This document shows positions 29,272 to 39,160 of a stretch of 61,764 bases of DNA, piece after piece (position 1 is the stretch's first letter; each line of letters starts with the position of its first letter). Source of the stretch: a virus. Taxonomy: Duplodnaviria > Caudoviricetes. Location: positions 1 to 61,764 of IMG/VR virus record IMGVR_UViG_3300027162_000003; one strand, written 5' to 3'. The position numbers and the translations under genes were made by a program. Under the pieces are notes generated by a model. It saw only the letters and a list, made by a program, of their open reading frames with translations. It searched no databases and was not told the origin of the DNA.

Positions 29272-29514
29272 ATGAACAACACCATTGAAAACATGATAAG
29301 CAACGCAATTGAAATGGGCGATATTTACCTTGCTCTGTCTCTTGCGAACTCTGTTGAATATGCAAACGAGATTGAAAGCGCAACGCTCGCCTTCCGCGCA
29401 CGCCCGAAGCCCGCAATCGATACAACGGCGGCGGATAACGCATCAAAACGCTTCGGCTTTGATTTTGAGGGCGCAATCTTAACACGCGACGAAAACCGCT
29501 TTTTCGGGATTTAA
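29272..29514 (+). CDS. Early hypothetical protein
   Basis: Preceded by the GTTC-N6-GAAC motif and an A-rich tract. Confidence 0.65.
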   Translation: MNNTIENMISNAIEMGDIYLALSLANSVEYANEIESATLAFRARPKPAIDTTAADNASKRFGFDFEGAILTRDENRFFGI

Positions 29515-29561
29515 TCTTCCTCGTTCCCCTCAGAACAAACCCAAATAGAAAAACCAATCAA

Positions 29562-29783
29562 ATGAAAACCACCAAAAAAACCCTGCTCTTGTCCTTGGAC
29601 TATTTATCTAATGTCACTGGTCTAAAATATAACCTTTCTTGCCAGTGTGCTGGCAATGGGAAAGGCTATTCTGTCATGTGCGATGGTTCCCATGTTCTAA
29701 CATTCGGCCATGTTCCGGCTTCAACCTTGGAAGCTTGTATTTCTGCATATGTTAAAGGCTACCTGAAAGGAGAGGGAAAATGA
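29562..29783 (+). CDS. Early hypothetical protein
   Basis: Preceded by the second copy of the same motif. Confidence 0.65.
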   Translation: MKTTKKTLLLSLDYLSNVTGLKYNLSCQCAGNGKGYSVMCDGSHVLTFGHVPASTLEACISAYVKGYLKGEGK

Positions 29784-30454
29784 ACATCCACCTTTCCCCT
29801 ATTTCTTCGAATGTTAAAACTGGACCCATACCAGTGACAACATCGTCGGCGGAAACCTGCCCCGATTCTTGTCCTTTAAAGTCCGGCGGATGTTACGCTA
29901 AAAGCGGACCGCTTGCCATGCATTGGAAAAAGGTGACAATCGGAGAGCGTGGGAATTCTGTTGATCTATTGGCAAAACAGATTCGCGCATTCCCTCGTGG
30001 TCAAGTGTGGCGTCACAATCAAGCGGGTGATCTTCCCGGCATTGGTGACAATATCGATTCCGCTGATCTTAAAAAAATAGTGGTTGCGAATAAAGGGCGG
30101 CGTGGATTCACATATACTCACAAACCATGTGAGGAAAACGAAAGCAATCGGGAAGCGGTCAAGTCCGCTAATGCTGAGGGCTTTACAATTAACTTGTCAG
30201 CGAATAATCTTGCCCATGCTGATCGTCTTGTTAATTTAAAGGCTGGTCCGGTTGTTTGTGTTGTGCCGGAAAGCACAGATGCAACATTTTACACCCCACA
30301 AGGGCGGAAGGGTATCGTTTGTCCTGCACAACAGCGCGACGATATCACCTGCGCCAATTGTCAATTGTGTTCCCGTGTCATGCGGTCCGTTATTATTGGA
30401 TTCCGTGCGCATGGCACAAGCAAAAAGAAAGCGGAAGCAATTTCCAAAAACTAA
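29780..30454 (+). CDS. Cys-cluster protein, radical-SAM-derived (gp88-like) family
   Basis: N.KTG..TCPDSCPL..GCYA; WRHNQAGD; YTH; CPAQ..TCANCQLC. Confidence 0.6.
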   Translation: MNIHLSPISSNVKTGPIPVTTSSAETCPDSCPLKSGGCYAKSGPLAMHWKKVTIGERGNSVDLLAKQIRAFPRGQVWRHNQAGDLPGIGDNIDSADLKKIVVANKGRRGFTYTHKPCEENESNREAVKSANAEGFTINLSANNLAHADRLVNLKAGPVVCVVPESTDATFYTPQGRKGIVCPAQQRDDITCANCQLCSRVMRSVIIGFRAHGTSKKKAEAISKN

Positions 30455-30455
30455 A

Positions 30456-30695
30456 ATGAGAACCTTTTTAATCCACAAACAAAAACCATTTCAAACCATG
30501 CAACGCGAACCATTGAAAGAAATTCCATCTGTTTACCTTTCCCGAAACTCTGAGGGCTGGTCTCTAATAAAAGACGGGATGCCATTGTGCGCCGTTACAA
30601 CGCGAGAGAATGCCGAAAATGTAGCCTCTCGTTTTAATCTGTCCTTGCCCTCTGTTTATTGGCAAGGGGAACAAGGTCAATTCGTTTCCATTTAA
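30456..30695 (+). CDS. Early hypothetical protein
   Basis: Start MRTFLIHK immediately after the previous stop. Confidence 0.5.
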   Translation: MRTFLIHKQKPFQTMQREPLKEIPSVYLSRNSEGWSLIKDGMPLCAVTTRENAENVASRFNLSLPSVYWQGEQGQFVSI

Positions 30696-30836
30696 TAATA
30701 TGCAAACCTTTAATTCTAACCGACTCCGCAATAAATTCCGCGACACTATGCAAGAAGGTCTTGCGCCTATCTCAGACGCTGAATTCTCCCGCATCGTTCG
30801 CGCTTTTCAATATCTAACCAAAAGACTCATCAGAAA

Positions 30837-31142
30837 ATGAAAAACCAACATACTCCCGGCCCTTGGGAAGTTAAAAGCAAAAAAATGTTGCTCGGCAACA
30901 AGGGTCCGCTTTGCATTATTTCAAGGAAAGAGCAAGTAAAGATAGTTTGCGAAATAGGCGCGCACTCATCACTTGAAAACCATGCCAACGCAAATCTGAT
31001 CGCCTCCGCTCCCGATTTATTGGAAGCCCTGCGTTTCCTTGTGGCCGATTATATCGCAATAGAAGGCGAAAAGCTCACGGGATCGAGCGTGCCGCTTGAA
31101 ATGGCAAGGGCCGCAATCTTAAAAGCGGAGGGCTTGAAATGA
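30837..31142 (+). CDS. Conserved phage hypothetical protein
   Basis: HTPGPW...ANANLIASAPDLLEAL signature. Confidence 0.75.
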   Translation: MKNQHTPGPWEVKSKKMLLGNKGPLCIISRKEQVKIVCEIGAHSSLENHANANLIASAPDLLEALRFLVADYIAIEGEKLTGSSVPLEMARAAILKAEGLK

Positions 31143-31794
31143 AAACCACAAACCAAAAACGCAATAGCCGTTTTGCTATTCTTAAAAGAACATCCCAAGA
31201 AATGCAAGACGCCTTGCAAGCCATTGTTGACGCGTTTGGCGATCAAGACAGCCTTCTAATTGACCAAGCAAAAGCGGCACTTGCCAAGGCGAAAGGAGAA
31301 GCATGAACCTCCCGCCATGCCATCAAGACAACCCAAGGCATTCTCTGTGGTTCGCAAGGGTTCAAGAACTCGAAAACGAGGGGCTTGATACCAGTGACGC
31401 CCAAGGCATCGCCGACATGGAATTTGAACCAATAAAGAAGCCCTAATAATGAACCGCGCAAAAACTATCCAAGACATCTTAGAAGAACAACGCGAAGAAC
31501 GCGAAAGGCAACGCCTAGCGGATTTCCTTCTTAAAATCTTCTTTGCTCATATAATAATCGTGACCCTCTATTTTTACTTCTCAAAATGAAATCCATACTT
31601 TTAGAAATTAAAGACTTGTTAGAATTTGAAACTCGTCAAGCCAAACGACACGACCTTGACGAAATCCGCATCACAGTTCCAAGGGCTGTCACCCTTTCCC
31701 ACGCAATCAGAGAAGCTTTAAAGCAATATAAGACTAACACAAAATAATTTGTTCCCCTCAGAACATAAACCAATAAATAATAAATATATATATA

Positions 31795-32637
31795 ATGAAT
31801 AATCAAATCGTAGTTCATAATCAATCAGTTCAAGACATCACGGCAATGGCGCAAGCTATTACCAAGTCCGGCCTTTTCGGAATCAAGACACCCGACCAAG
31901 CCGTGGCACTAATGCTCGTGGCACAATCCGAGGGCAGGCATCCTGCATCAGTGGCAAGTGAGTTTGATATAATCCAAGGAAGGCCCGCCCTTAAGAGTCA
32001 AGCCGCCCTTGCGCGATTCCAAGCGGCAGGGGGTAAGATTCAATGGACAAGCCGAGGCCCGACTAAGTGCGCCGCTAAGTTCTCGCATCCACAAGGCGGA
32101 GATTTGGAAATCACTTGGACGATGGATCGCGCCAACGCTGCGGGACTCACGGGAAAACAGACTTGGAAGCAATACCCCGATCAAATGCTGTCAGCTCGTG
32201 TAGTCGCTGAAGGTGTCCGAGCCGTCTTCCCCGCTTGTCTTAATGGTGTTTATCTCGCCGAGGAAGTTCAAGACTTCGATACCAAGCCAAGACCAGCCAA
32301 GGAGGTTGTCGAACTCGTTCAAGAGGCTCCTAGCGCAAAAGAAGTGCCATCCTTGCCTGAGCCTCACAAGGAGTCTGTCAATAATGTCGAGTCACCTAAT
32401 AATGCGGAAATCCAAGGGGAGATTGTAGAGGGCGAAATCTCGTGGGAAGCTAACTGGTGGACTCCAGAAGTAGCGGCAACGCTCGCGGATCTCCAAGAGG
32501 TAAACGCATTCCTCGTCAAGAAGGGTAAAATCCAAGAAGGCCAGACTTGGAAAGATGTCGAGGATGCCACATACCGCAAAAACATCAATGGCAAGCTGGC
32601 GAAGTTTGTCGAAGCCGTTGAGAAAGGAACTAAATAA
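31795..32637 (+). CDS. RecT/Bet-like ssDNA annealing protein
   Basis: IIQGRPAL...RANAAGL..WKQYPDQML.AR..AEGVRAVFP..LNGVYLAEE. Confidence 0.8.
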   Translation: MNNQIVVHNQSVQDITAMAQAITKSGLFGIKTPDQAVALMLVAQSEGRHPASVASEFDIIQGRPALKSQAALARFQAAGGKIQWTSRGPTKCAAKFSHPQGGDLEITWTMDRANAAGLTGKQTWKQYPDQMLSARVVAEGVRAVFPACLNGVYLAEEVQDFDTKPRPAKEVVELVQEAPSAKEVPSLPEPHKESVNNVESPNNAEIQGEIVEGEISWEANWWTPEVAATLADLQEVNAFLVKKGKIQEGQTWKDVEDATYRKNINGKLAKFVEAVEKGTK

Positions 32638-32703
32638 TGGAAAGCGCACGCTATTCCGTCCGCCCTCAAGACGAACCTCAAGACAATCCACAAGAGCCAC
32701 AAA

Positions 32704-32934
32704 ATGAAAATCAATAATACTATCAACTTCCAAGGAGAGCGGACAGCAATGTCCGACTCTGGGAACACAGAGTGGTTTGAGTTTACTATCATCAGCGACA
32801 AGAAGTTGCACGATGATACTGTCAACGAGTTGATCAACGCTCATGGATGCGGAGGTCAAACCTCCTCATTTGAATACTCCATGAGTGATGGCCAACACCT
32901 ATATAATGGAAAATCAAAGAGATATTCAGACTAA
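32704..32934 (+). CDS. Hypothetical protein
   Basis: Co-oriented ORF in the early operon. Confidence 0.5.
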   Translation: MKINNTINFQGERTAMSDSGNTEWFEFTIISDKKLHDDTVNELINAHGCGGQTSSFEYSMSDGQHLYNGKSKRYSD

Positions 32935-33040
32935 TGAATCCAGACCAGCTTCTTTTCATTATGTGTGCGGGATTTGAGATTTCCAAGATACTCATTCCAG
33001 CATTAATAATAGGATATATCACACTTAAACTCAATTAATA

Positions 33041-33244
33041 ATGATAACAAGATATACATTGGAAATGGATTGTGGTGTAACAGTTCAAGCTCAATTTAAT
33101 GTAAAAAGTGGTTCATTCAAGTGCAAGTGGACTCCCGAGCCTCCTTTTACTGAAAAAATGGTTGAACTAATTAAAAAAGAATATGTTCCATGGAGAGATG
33201 AAATTTTCAATGAATGGATTAAAGAAATTACTGTAAAAATATGA
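33041..33244 (+). CDS. Hypothetical protein
   Basis: ATGA overlap with the downstream exonuclease. Confidence 0.5.
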   Translation: MITRYTLEMDCGVTVQAQFNVKSGSFKCKWTPEPPFTEKMVELIKKEYVPWRDEIFNEWIKEITVKI

Positions 33245-34248
33245 TTAGACATTCACTACTACCAAAGCTGGCCGAATGCCCTTGCTATGAGTCAAAACAA
33301 GGCGAAGCGGGACCAGCGGCACAACGAGGAACCAAGCTAGATGGACGATTCCGTGAGGCTCTAGCAACTGGAGAGTTGAACGAGGTTGACTTGCCCAAGG
33401 ATGACATTAAGGCTCTGAAATGGGCCTTGAAGCAAGTCCGCAAGATTGCGGGGAATAATCCTATAATATCGGATGAGGCACTTCTAAAGGTTCAAACCCC
33501 CGGCATTGAGCATGAAGGAACAGAAGATGTTAGGATTCCAGATATTCAGACCAGCCTAGATTTGAAGACGGGAATCCAGCGGAGTTACTACGCACAAATG
33601 GGGGCATACGCTTGGGGGAACATGGAGGCACATTTCTGCGAGGAATGGACTTGCTACCTTGTGTTCTGCGATCAAAAAGAAATCGTAGAGCATAAGTTCA
33701 CGCTTGAGCAAGCCAAGGGCATCGTTAATCGCATTCTGGACGCTCACAGCAATCCAGACAAGCAACCATCCGTTTGTGGCTATTGTAGCTGGTGCGCCAA
33801 GAAGGACACTTGTCCCGCTGTTGTCCAGCCAGTCCAAGAGGCTCACGCTATAATGGAGTCAGCTAACCTTGCGGTATTGCGCGATGAAATCGCCAATGAT
33901 CCAGCAAGGCACGCTCGGTTCCTTGAAATCAACAAGGTGTTTGAGTCTGAGCTAGTCAAGCCACTCAAGGATTTGGCAAAGAAGAAGCTGGAATCTGGCG
34001 ATTATCTGCCGGGGTTCAGGCTATCCAGCGTCAAGGGATCAGAGTATTTTGACAGGGTATCCATCGTCCGTGCGGCCATCAAGGGCAAGTGGGGCATGGA
34101 TGATCTGGTTGATGCCCTTGGAGGCACAATGTCTGGATCAACATTCCGCGAGTTGTGCGAGAAGTATAGGACTCCAGTTGTCGAGGAAGAGGCTAAAAGA
34201 AAAGATGGATTTAACAAAGTTATCGAAGATAAGAAATCAAAGAAATGA
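33241..34248 (+). CDS. PD-(D/E)XK (Cas4/RecB-like) recombination exonuclease
   Basis: CP..AAQRGT, GTED, DLKTG, Q..AY, CSWC..CP. Confidence 0.8.
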   Translation: MIRHSLLPKLAECPCYESKQGEAGPAAQRGTKLDGRFREALATGELNEVDLPKDDIKALKWALKQVRKIAGNNPIISDEALLKVQTPGIEHEGTEDVRIPDIQTSLDLKTGIQRSYYAQMGAYAWGNMEAHFCEEWTCYLVFCDQKEIVEHKFTLEQAKGIVNRILDAHSNPDKQPSVCGYCSWCAKKDTCPAVVQPVQEAHAIMESANLAVLRDEIANDPARHARFLEINKVFESELVKPLKDLAKKKLESGDYLPGFRLSSVKGSEYFDRVSIVRAAIKGKWGMDDLVDALGGTMSGSTFRELCEKYRTPVVEEEAKRKDGFNKVIEDKKSKK

Positions 34249-34592
34249 GAATCAGAACAGGATATAAACAAAAGAGTCGGCATCATATGTCACTCATTGA
34301 AAAGGAAGCGATCCGCGAGTGGAAGTCACTTCAAAAGCTCCAGCCAACCCAATGGATGGAACGAATCAAGAGCCTACCAGAACGAGCGCAAGGGCAGATT
34401 GCTCGCATGGTATGGTGGGACTTCTGGAGCAATCGCGTTGTCAGCGAACGCTGGAGCGAGTTTGACCACTGGCTTCAATTTGATGAGCGTGAGGAAACTG
34501 ATCCAGTTCCCAAGACAACGCTGATCAAATGCCTCAAGGCTGTTGGATACCCAAAATACAGAATTGATCTGCGTCTAATGGCATTTCAATAA
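34245..34592 (+). CDS. Hypothetical protein
   Basis: ATGA coupling. Confidence 0.55.
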   Translation: MRIRTGYKQKSRHHMSLIEKEAIREWKSLQKLQPTQWMERIKSLPERAQGQIARMVWWDFWSNRVVSERWSEFDHWLQFDEREETDPVPKTTLIKCLKAVGYPKYRIDLRLMAFQ

Positions 34593-34618
34593 TAAACAAA
34601 ACATTAATTAATAAATAT

Positions 34619-34936
34619 ATGACAAAGAAAGAAGTATTAAATAATCAAGTCGATGAAATCATGGATTCATTCGACTTTCGCCAAGTTGAATCAGTAATGA
34701 AGCATCTCAACTGGACATGGAAGGATAGCAAGACTCCGCCAGACGAATATCAGATTAGGAAAGAAGCAAGGAACATCATGCGTGTGGCAATCCAGTCAGG
34801 CGATTCTGTCAGCACTGGAGGCTTTATTGCAAGATTGCATTGTGGTGAGGAAAATGGAGAGAAGTGGGCAAGAATTGATCTTGTTTTTGCTATCGAACAA
34901 ACATTCGGCGAAGGAGAAGTATATGACCAAGAATGA
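34619..34936 (+). CDS. Conserved phage hypothetical protein
   Basis: DEIMDSFDF.QV..VM..LNW.W...STGGF motif. Confidence 0.65.
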   Translation: MTKKEVLNNQVDEIMDSFDFRQVESVMKHLNWTWKDSKTPPDEYQIRKEARNIMRVAIQSGDSVSTGGFIARLHCGEENGEKWARIDLVFAIEQTFGEGEVYDQE

Positions 34937-35147
34937 ATTGTGGAGAATATATGTTAAGAAGAATCCTTCATTTGAAGGAGATGGCAATGTCACCATGTCA
35001 GCCAAAGGATTGCGTAAGCTATTCGATACGACATGGGATACGGCATATTGGGATGGAGAAGATGAGCCTGTTGAAAAAACAGAACAGAGTTTTCAACCAA
35101 GGTCAGCATCAGTAAATGACATATTGTCCATGTTTGGAATAAAATAA
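34923..35147 (+). CDS. Hypothetical protein
   Basis: Start MTKNELW overlapping the upstream gene. Confidence 0.55.
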   Translation: MTKNELWRIYVKKNPSFEGDGNVTMSAKGLRKLFDTTWDTAYWDGEDEPVEKTEQSFQPRSASVNDILSMFGIK

Positions 35148-35327
35148 ATATATGAGCCTAATAATAAATCAAAAACAACTCGCAGATACAATCGAATCAC
35201 TTGAGCATAGAATCAAGAAACACGAAGCAGCCATTCAAATAATCAGAAAAGCAATTAAAGAAAAGCCAAGTGGCTTTAAACCAAGCGTAGCAGAAGATAT
35301 CCTTAACCAAATAGAAAACATATACAA

Positions 35328-35678
35328 ATGAATATCATACAAAAACTAATCTACTCAATGCAGAATAAGAATGATGACAACTCAATTCCAGCAAGGTTTG
35401 AGCGATTCCATCAAGATAATCCTGATGTATATCGTTCACTAGTATTGCTCACAAGGCAAGTCATGGAGCGAAATAAAAGCCGTAAGATTGGCATTGGAAT
35501 GATGTATGAAGTATTGCGCTGGCAATATTACATTAACTCTGATGCTAAAGAGGATTACAAGCTCCCGAATGAATATCGGGCTTGCTATGCTCGCAAGATC
35601 ATGGCCCAAGAGTCTGACCTAGCTGGATGCTTTAACACACGCAAATCCGTTGCTGACACTAAAAGCATTTTACAATAA
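35328..35678 (+). CDS. Conserved phage hypothetical (winged-helix-like) protein
   Basis: FERFH..NP.VY...EVLRW...YKLPNEY..YAR motif. Confidence 0.65.
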   Translation: MNIIQKLIYSMQNKNDDNSIPARFERFHQDNPDVYRSLVLLTRQVMERNKSRKIGIGMMYEVLRWQYYINSDAKEDYKLPNEYRACYARKIMAQESDLAGCFNTRKSVADTKSILQ

Positions 35679-35704
35679 ATACTTTAATATTTAAATTGTT
35701 TATT

Positions 35705-35812
35705 CCCAAGTCAGGGAACATCGACTAGAACCCGATGCAACAAAAAACACAAATTTACCCCGTCTCATGGCATTTCCACTTGGTAATGCGGTTCTACTTG
35801 AGGCGGGGTTCT
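35705..35812 (+). promoter_or_regulatory. Structured leader with kissing-loop potential upstream of the replication initiator
   Basis: ATCG-ACTAGAACC-CGAT hairpin; downstream CCCCGTCTCA...TGAGGCGGGG stem containing GGTTCTA, complementary to TAGAACC. Confidence 0.55.
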
Positions 35813-35820
35813 CTTTAATT

Positions 35821-36624
35821 ATGCAATTCAAAATAGAACAATATGAAAGATGCCAGTCAATGGCAGAAGGCTCTATTGAGGATCATCTCATAGGAATTAC
35901 AAAGCCAACGATTGACCGAATACTCAAGATGGATAATCCATCAGACTGCATAGCATTGTATACCTTCTATGCCTACACAAGAAAGTGGCAGAAGAATAAT
36001 GCTGTCTACGCAACATCTGAATATGCGATGAAGGCCATGTCTTGGGGCAGGGAAAGGTTTGCAAAGGCAAAGTCTCAGTTGAAGGAATCTGGATTCATTG
36101 AGGACATCCAGCGCAAAGATGCAGGAGGAAAGGTCATTGGTTGGTATGTCGGAGTTAAGTTTGCACAGAACGCAACCATGGGGAATTTCTCTATTGCTGA
36201 TGTTCAAGAAAACCACCCTCCGGTTTTACCACAGGGTGGTTCCACCAGAGTGTGGCTAAACCGCACCCAAATACCTATTACTGATATTAAAATACCTAAT
36301 ACTGGTAAAGAAATGCAAGAGACAGTAGCTGAACAAGGGGCTTCATTGCCTTCACCCTGTGAAGTCAATAAGCCAAAACGCACATCCAAAGACAATAGAA
36401 CAACTGAAGAATTTGTGGAATACCTCAAGAAAACATACGAATGGATAAATGTTGATATAGAACTCAAGAAAATTGATGCTTGGATTTCAACTCATCCAGA
36501 CCGCAAGAAAACTCGTCGCTTCGTCATAAACTGGATGAACCGAATTGAAAAACCAATGGAGAAACAACCATATGTTCCCGGCTCAATGCTTGGAATCAAT
36601 CAACCATACACGCCATGTCTTTAA
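35821..36624 (+). CDS. Replication initiator (N-terminal wHTH, C-terminal helicase-loading domain)
   Basis: ALYTFY...MSWGRERFAKAKSQLKESGFIE; C-terminal RRFVINWMNR; directly upstream of dnaB. Confidence 0.75.
   Translation: MQFKIEQYERCQSMAEGSIEDHLIGITKPTIDRILKMDNPSDCIALYTFYAYTRKWQKNNAVYATSEYAMKAMSWGRERFAKAKSQLKESGFIEDIQRKDAGGKVIGWYVGVKFAQNATMGNFSIADVQENHPPVLPQGGSTRVWLNRTQIPITDIKIPNTGKEMQETVAEQGASLPSPCEVNKPKRTSKDNRTTEEFVEYLKKTYEWINVDIELKKIDAWISTHPDRKKTRRFVINWMNRIEKPMEKQPYVPGSMLGINQPYTPCL
36208..36312. repeat. Iteron-like repeats inside the initiator gene (candidate origin)
   Basis: About 15-bp periodic ACCA..N..GG units followed by two 21-bp-spaced AAATACCTAWTACTG repeats. Confidence 0.5.
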
Positions 36625-37868
36625 TCCCTATCGCAAACACAGCAGAGAATGCAGCCATTTCTTTGCTCGTATCCAATCCAGATTGTTATTCACAGCTTCA
36701 CTGGGAACCCTCGTATTTCTTCCAGAATGCCACCAGAAGCGTTTTTGAGGCAATTGAGACCATCCATAGCCGAACTGGAGTTATCACGGCTGTTTCTGTC
36801 ATTTCAGAGCTAGAGACAACTGGTAAACTCGCAGAGGTTGGTGGAACTGATTCCGTGATGGAGATGATTAAGACCATCTACATTGCCCCCGGCCCAGTAT
36901 CGGTATCCATTGCTGATGACTACCGCCAGCAACTCATCAAGGCTAAATCCTACCGAGATGCTATCAAGCTAATCACAAATTCAGATCGAGATATTCGTGA
37001 GATGCGAATGGACTTGAATGAACTATCAGAGCAAATCGCAGGATGCGTTGTCACCGATTCCGAAATCAAAACAATCAAACAACACATTAATGAGCTGGTC
37101 GATGATCTTGAGAACAAGAACAAGCTGGATACATTCAAAACTGGAATGCACGATCTCGACATGGGATTCGGCGGTGGATTCCATCGTGGAGAAATGGTTG
37201 TTGTCGGGGCGCAGACTTCGGGCGGTAAATCAATCCTGCTTTACCAAATTGCTCTTGAGGCTCTGATGGACAATAAATCTGTTGCGATATTCTCGCTTGA
37301 AATGCCGTGCAAAACGATCCTTCGCCGCATGGCTTCAAACATCATCGGAAAGAAGATTGTGAACCAAGGTGACTTTGGAGATGGAACATCATTCGTCGCA
37401 TCATTCAAGGAAATCGCCAACTCACTTCAAGCTCTGAATAAAATGCCAATCACTCTCCGCGATGATATCTCTGAAGTTGGAGCAATCGACGCAGAAGCAC
37501 AAAGATTGGCATCGCTAGGAAAGGCTGATGTGATTATCGTTGACTACCTGCAAATTGTATCCATGCCGAAAGCTGATAATCGTGAGCAAGCGATCTCAGA
37601 ATTGACTCGCAGATTAAAATTGACTGCCCTAAAAAGTCAGTCTCTTGTGGTCACTGCAAGCCAACTGAACGATGACGGAAAGCTCCGCGAGTCTCGCGCA
37701 ATCGGGCATCATGCAGACCATGCACTATTCATCATTCACGAGAAAAACAATTCCAGCATCGTTGTGGAGAAGAACCGCAGAGGCGCACGGGGAGTAGGTT
37801 TCCCAGTTGTCATGCGCGGAGAAATTTCACGATTTGAGCAAACAGAAAAACAAGAAAAGAAAAGATGA
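36615..37868 (+). CDS. dnaB: Replicative DNA helicase DnaB
   Basis: Walker A GAQTSGGKS, FSLEM, IVDYLQ, SQLN, LRESRAI, KNRRG. Confidence 0.95.
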   Translation: MSLIPIANTAENAAISLLVSNPDCYSQLHWEPSYFFQNATRSVFEAIETIHSRTGVITAVSVISELETTGKLAEVGGTDSVMEMIKTIYIAPGPVSVSIADDYRQQLIKAKSYRDAIKLITNSDRDIREMRMDLNELSEQIAGCVVTDSEIKTIKQHINELVDDLENKNKLDTFKTGMHDLDMGFGGGFHRGEMVVVGAQTSGGKSILLYQIALEALMDNKSVAIFSLEMPCKTILRRMASNIIGKKIVNQGDFGDGTSFVASFKEIANSLQALNKMPITLRDDISEVGAIDAEAQRLASLGKADVIIVDYLQIVSMPKADNREQAISELTRRLKLTALKSQSLVVTASQLNDDGKLRESRAIGHHADHALFIIHEKNNSSIVVEKNRRGARGVGFPVVMRGEISRFEQTEKQEKKR

Positions 37869-38050
37869 GTGACACTGATGCAGCATTCATTGAGGCGAGT
37901 AATTGCTTTGATTTCGCAAATCATATCTGGGCATCTAGGCAGAAAGATAAATACGATGATGCTCAGAAAGCCTACGAAATTGGAGTGAAAATCTACCAAG
38001 AGAAGTTCGTAGAAAAAAAGATTTGCGCTGAAGATGATTTTGAGTTCTGA
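37865..38050 (+). CDS. Hypothetical protein
   Basis: ATGA overlap with dnaB. Confidence 0.55.
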   Translation: MSDTDAAFIEASNCFDFANHIWASRQKDKYDDAQKAYEIGVKIYQEKFVEKKICAEDDFEF

Positions 38051-38083
38051 TCTCTCGCGTAGCAACGCTACTAAATAAATACT

Positions 38084-38584
38084 ATGGATAAAAAATACAT
38101 TGATAAACCCGGAAAGTATATTTGCACAGTCAAATCCCCCGGCAACGGATGGCTAGATCATCCAGAAGGCAAAGCACCATTCATTCGCATTCCTTGCATT
38201 GTTGATATGCCAGAGAGTGATCAGCATGGATGCGAGTCAGTCTGGTATGGATACCTAACAGAGAAAAGCCGTGAACGAACAGAGGAGACTCTTAAACAAG
38301 TTTTCCAATGGGACGGAAACTGGGACAACGAAGATAGTCTTGATGCATTCATTGGCCGCAGGGTTCGCTTGCAATGCGACGAATCTGAATGGCAAGGTAA
38401 GACGCAAGTCAAAGCTCGCTGGCTTAATCCTCTTGCTACAAAGCGTGAGAAGAACCGCGATGAATACGACAAGAAGCGCAAGTCAGTTCTTGAGCAGTTG
38501 AAGAAAGATTACCCACATCTTGGCATCGGAGGTAAGCATACTCCGAAAACCCATGATGATGAAGGAGATGCCATACCCTTCTAG
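38084..38584 (+). CDS. Putative ssDNA-binding protein
   Basis: OB-like beta pattern and acidic C-tail DDEGDAIPF. Confidence 0.7.
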   Translation: MDKKYIDKPGKYICTVKSPGNGWLDHPEGKAPFIRIPCIVDMPESDQHGCESVWYGYLTEKSRERTEETLKQVFQWDGNWDNEDSLDAFIGRRVRLQCDESEWQGKTQVKARWLNPLATKREKNRDEYDKKRKSVLEQLKKDYPHLGIGGKHTPKTHDDEGDAIPF

Positions 38585-38589
38585 CCTTT

Positions 38590-38671
38590 GAGAGAACAAG
38601 GGGATTGTGGCGGAGTGGTATCTGGTTATCATTTGCCCCTGAGCCGTAACCACATAAAACGGCTCGCTCTC
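38590..38671 (+). ncRNA. Candidate pseudoknotted RNA element after the SSB gene
   Basis: GAGAG/CTCTC closing stem; AGGGG/CCCCT; GAGCCGT/ACGGCTC hairpin whose loop CCACA complements bulged TGTGG. Confidence 0.45.
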
Positions 38672-38816
38672 AACCTATAAATATGAAAACAACTACTATA
38701 ACAGCATTTATATTGCTGGTAATAGCCTATATGTCATTCTGTATGGCATGGGAAAAGGTAATGACAAAGCCAGACTTCAAGAAATGTCCTCTATGTGGAC
38801 AGACAATTAAATAAAT

Positions 38817-39008
38817 ATGAGTGACCGACCTACACCAGAGACAGATGCGGAAATCGAGGGAATTAGAAATTCAATCAAAAAAGAATATCAATTCGATTGG
38901 GCTATAGAAGTCGCAAGAAAACTAGAACGCGAGCGAGATGAGGCGAGAGAGCTAGTTGATTGCTTCCGTGAAAAACACGATTTAACTCCTATGTGTTGGA
39001 ATGTTTAA
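38817..39008 (+). CDS. Conserved phage hypothetical protein
   Basis: TPETDA...ARKLERERDEAR signature. Confidence 0.7.
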   Translation: MSDRPTPETDAEIEGIRNSIKKEYQFDWAIEVARKLERERDEARELVDCFREKHDLTPMCWNV

Positions 39009-39160
39009 TATGAATTGCCCAACCAGAATGGAAGAACAGCGCAGGATTAACGATCTATATGCATCCGGCCAAATGTCACGCGAAGAGTGGAGTAAACTAT
39101 ACGACGAACTATCTTCTCCAAGGTGGACAGCAGAAGGAAAGGTCAAAGAAGAAAAATAGA

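Noticed and set aside
29226-31765. GTTC/GAAC motif as a Verrucomicrobia LexA box
   Set aside because: That box is TGTTC-N4-GAACA; here the spacer is 6 nt and sequence-conserved
33241-34248. CRISPR-associated Cas4
   Set aside because: Context next to a RecT-like gene indicates a phage recombination exonuclease; no cas1/cas2 or array
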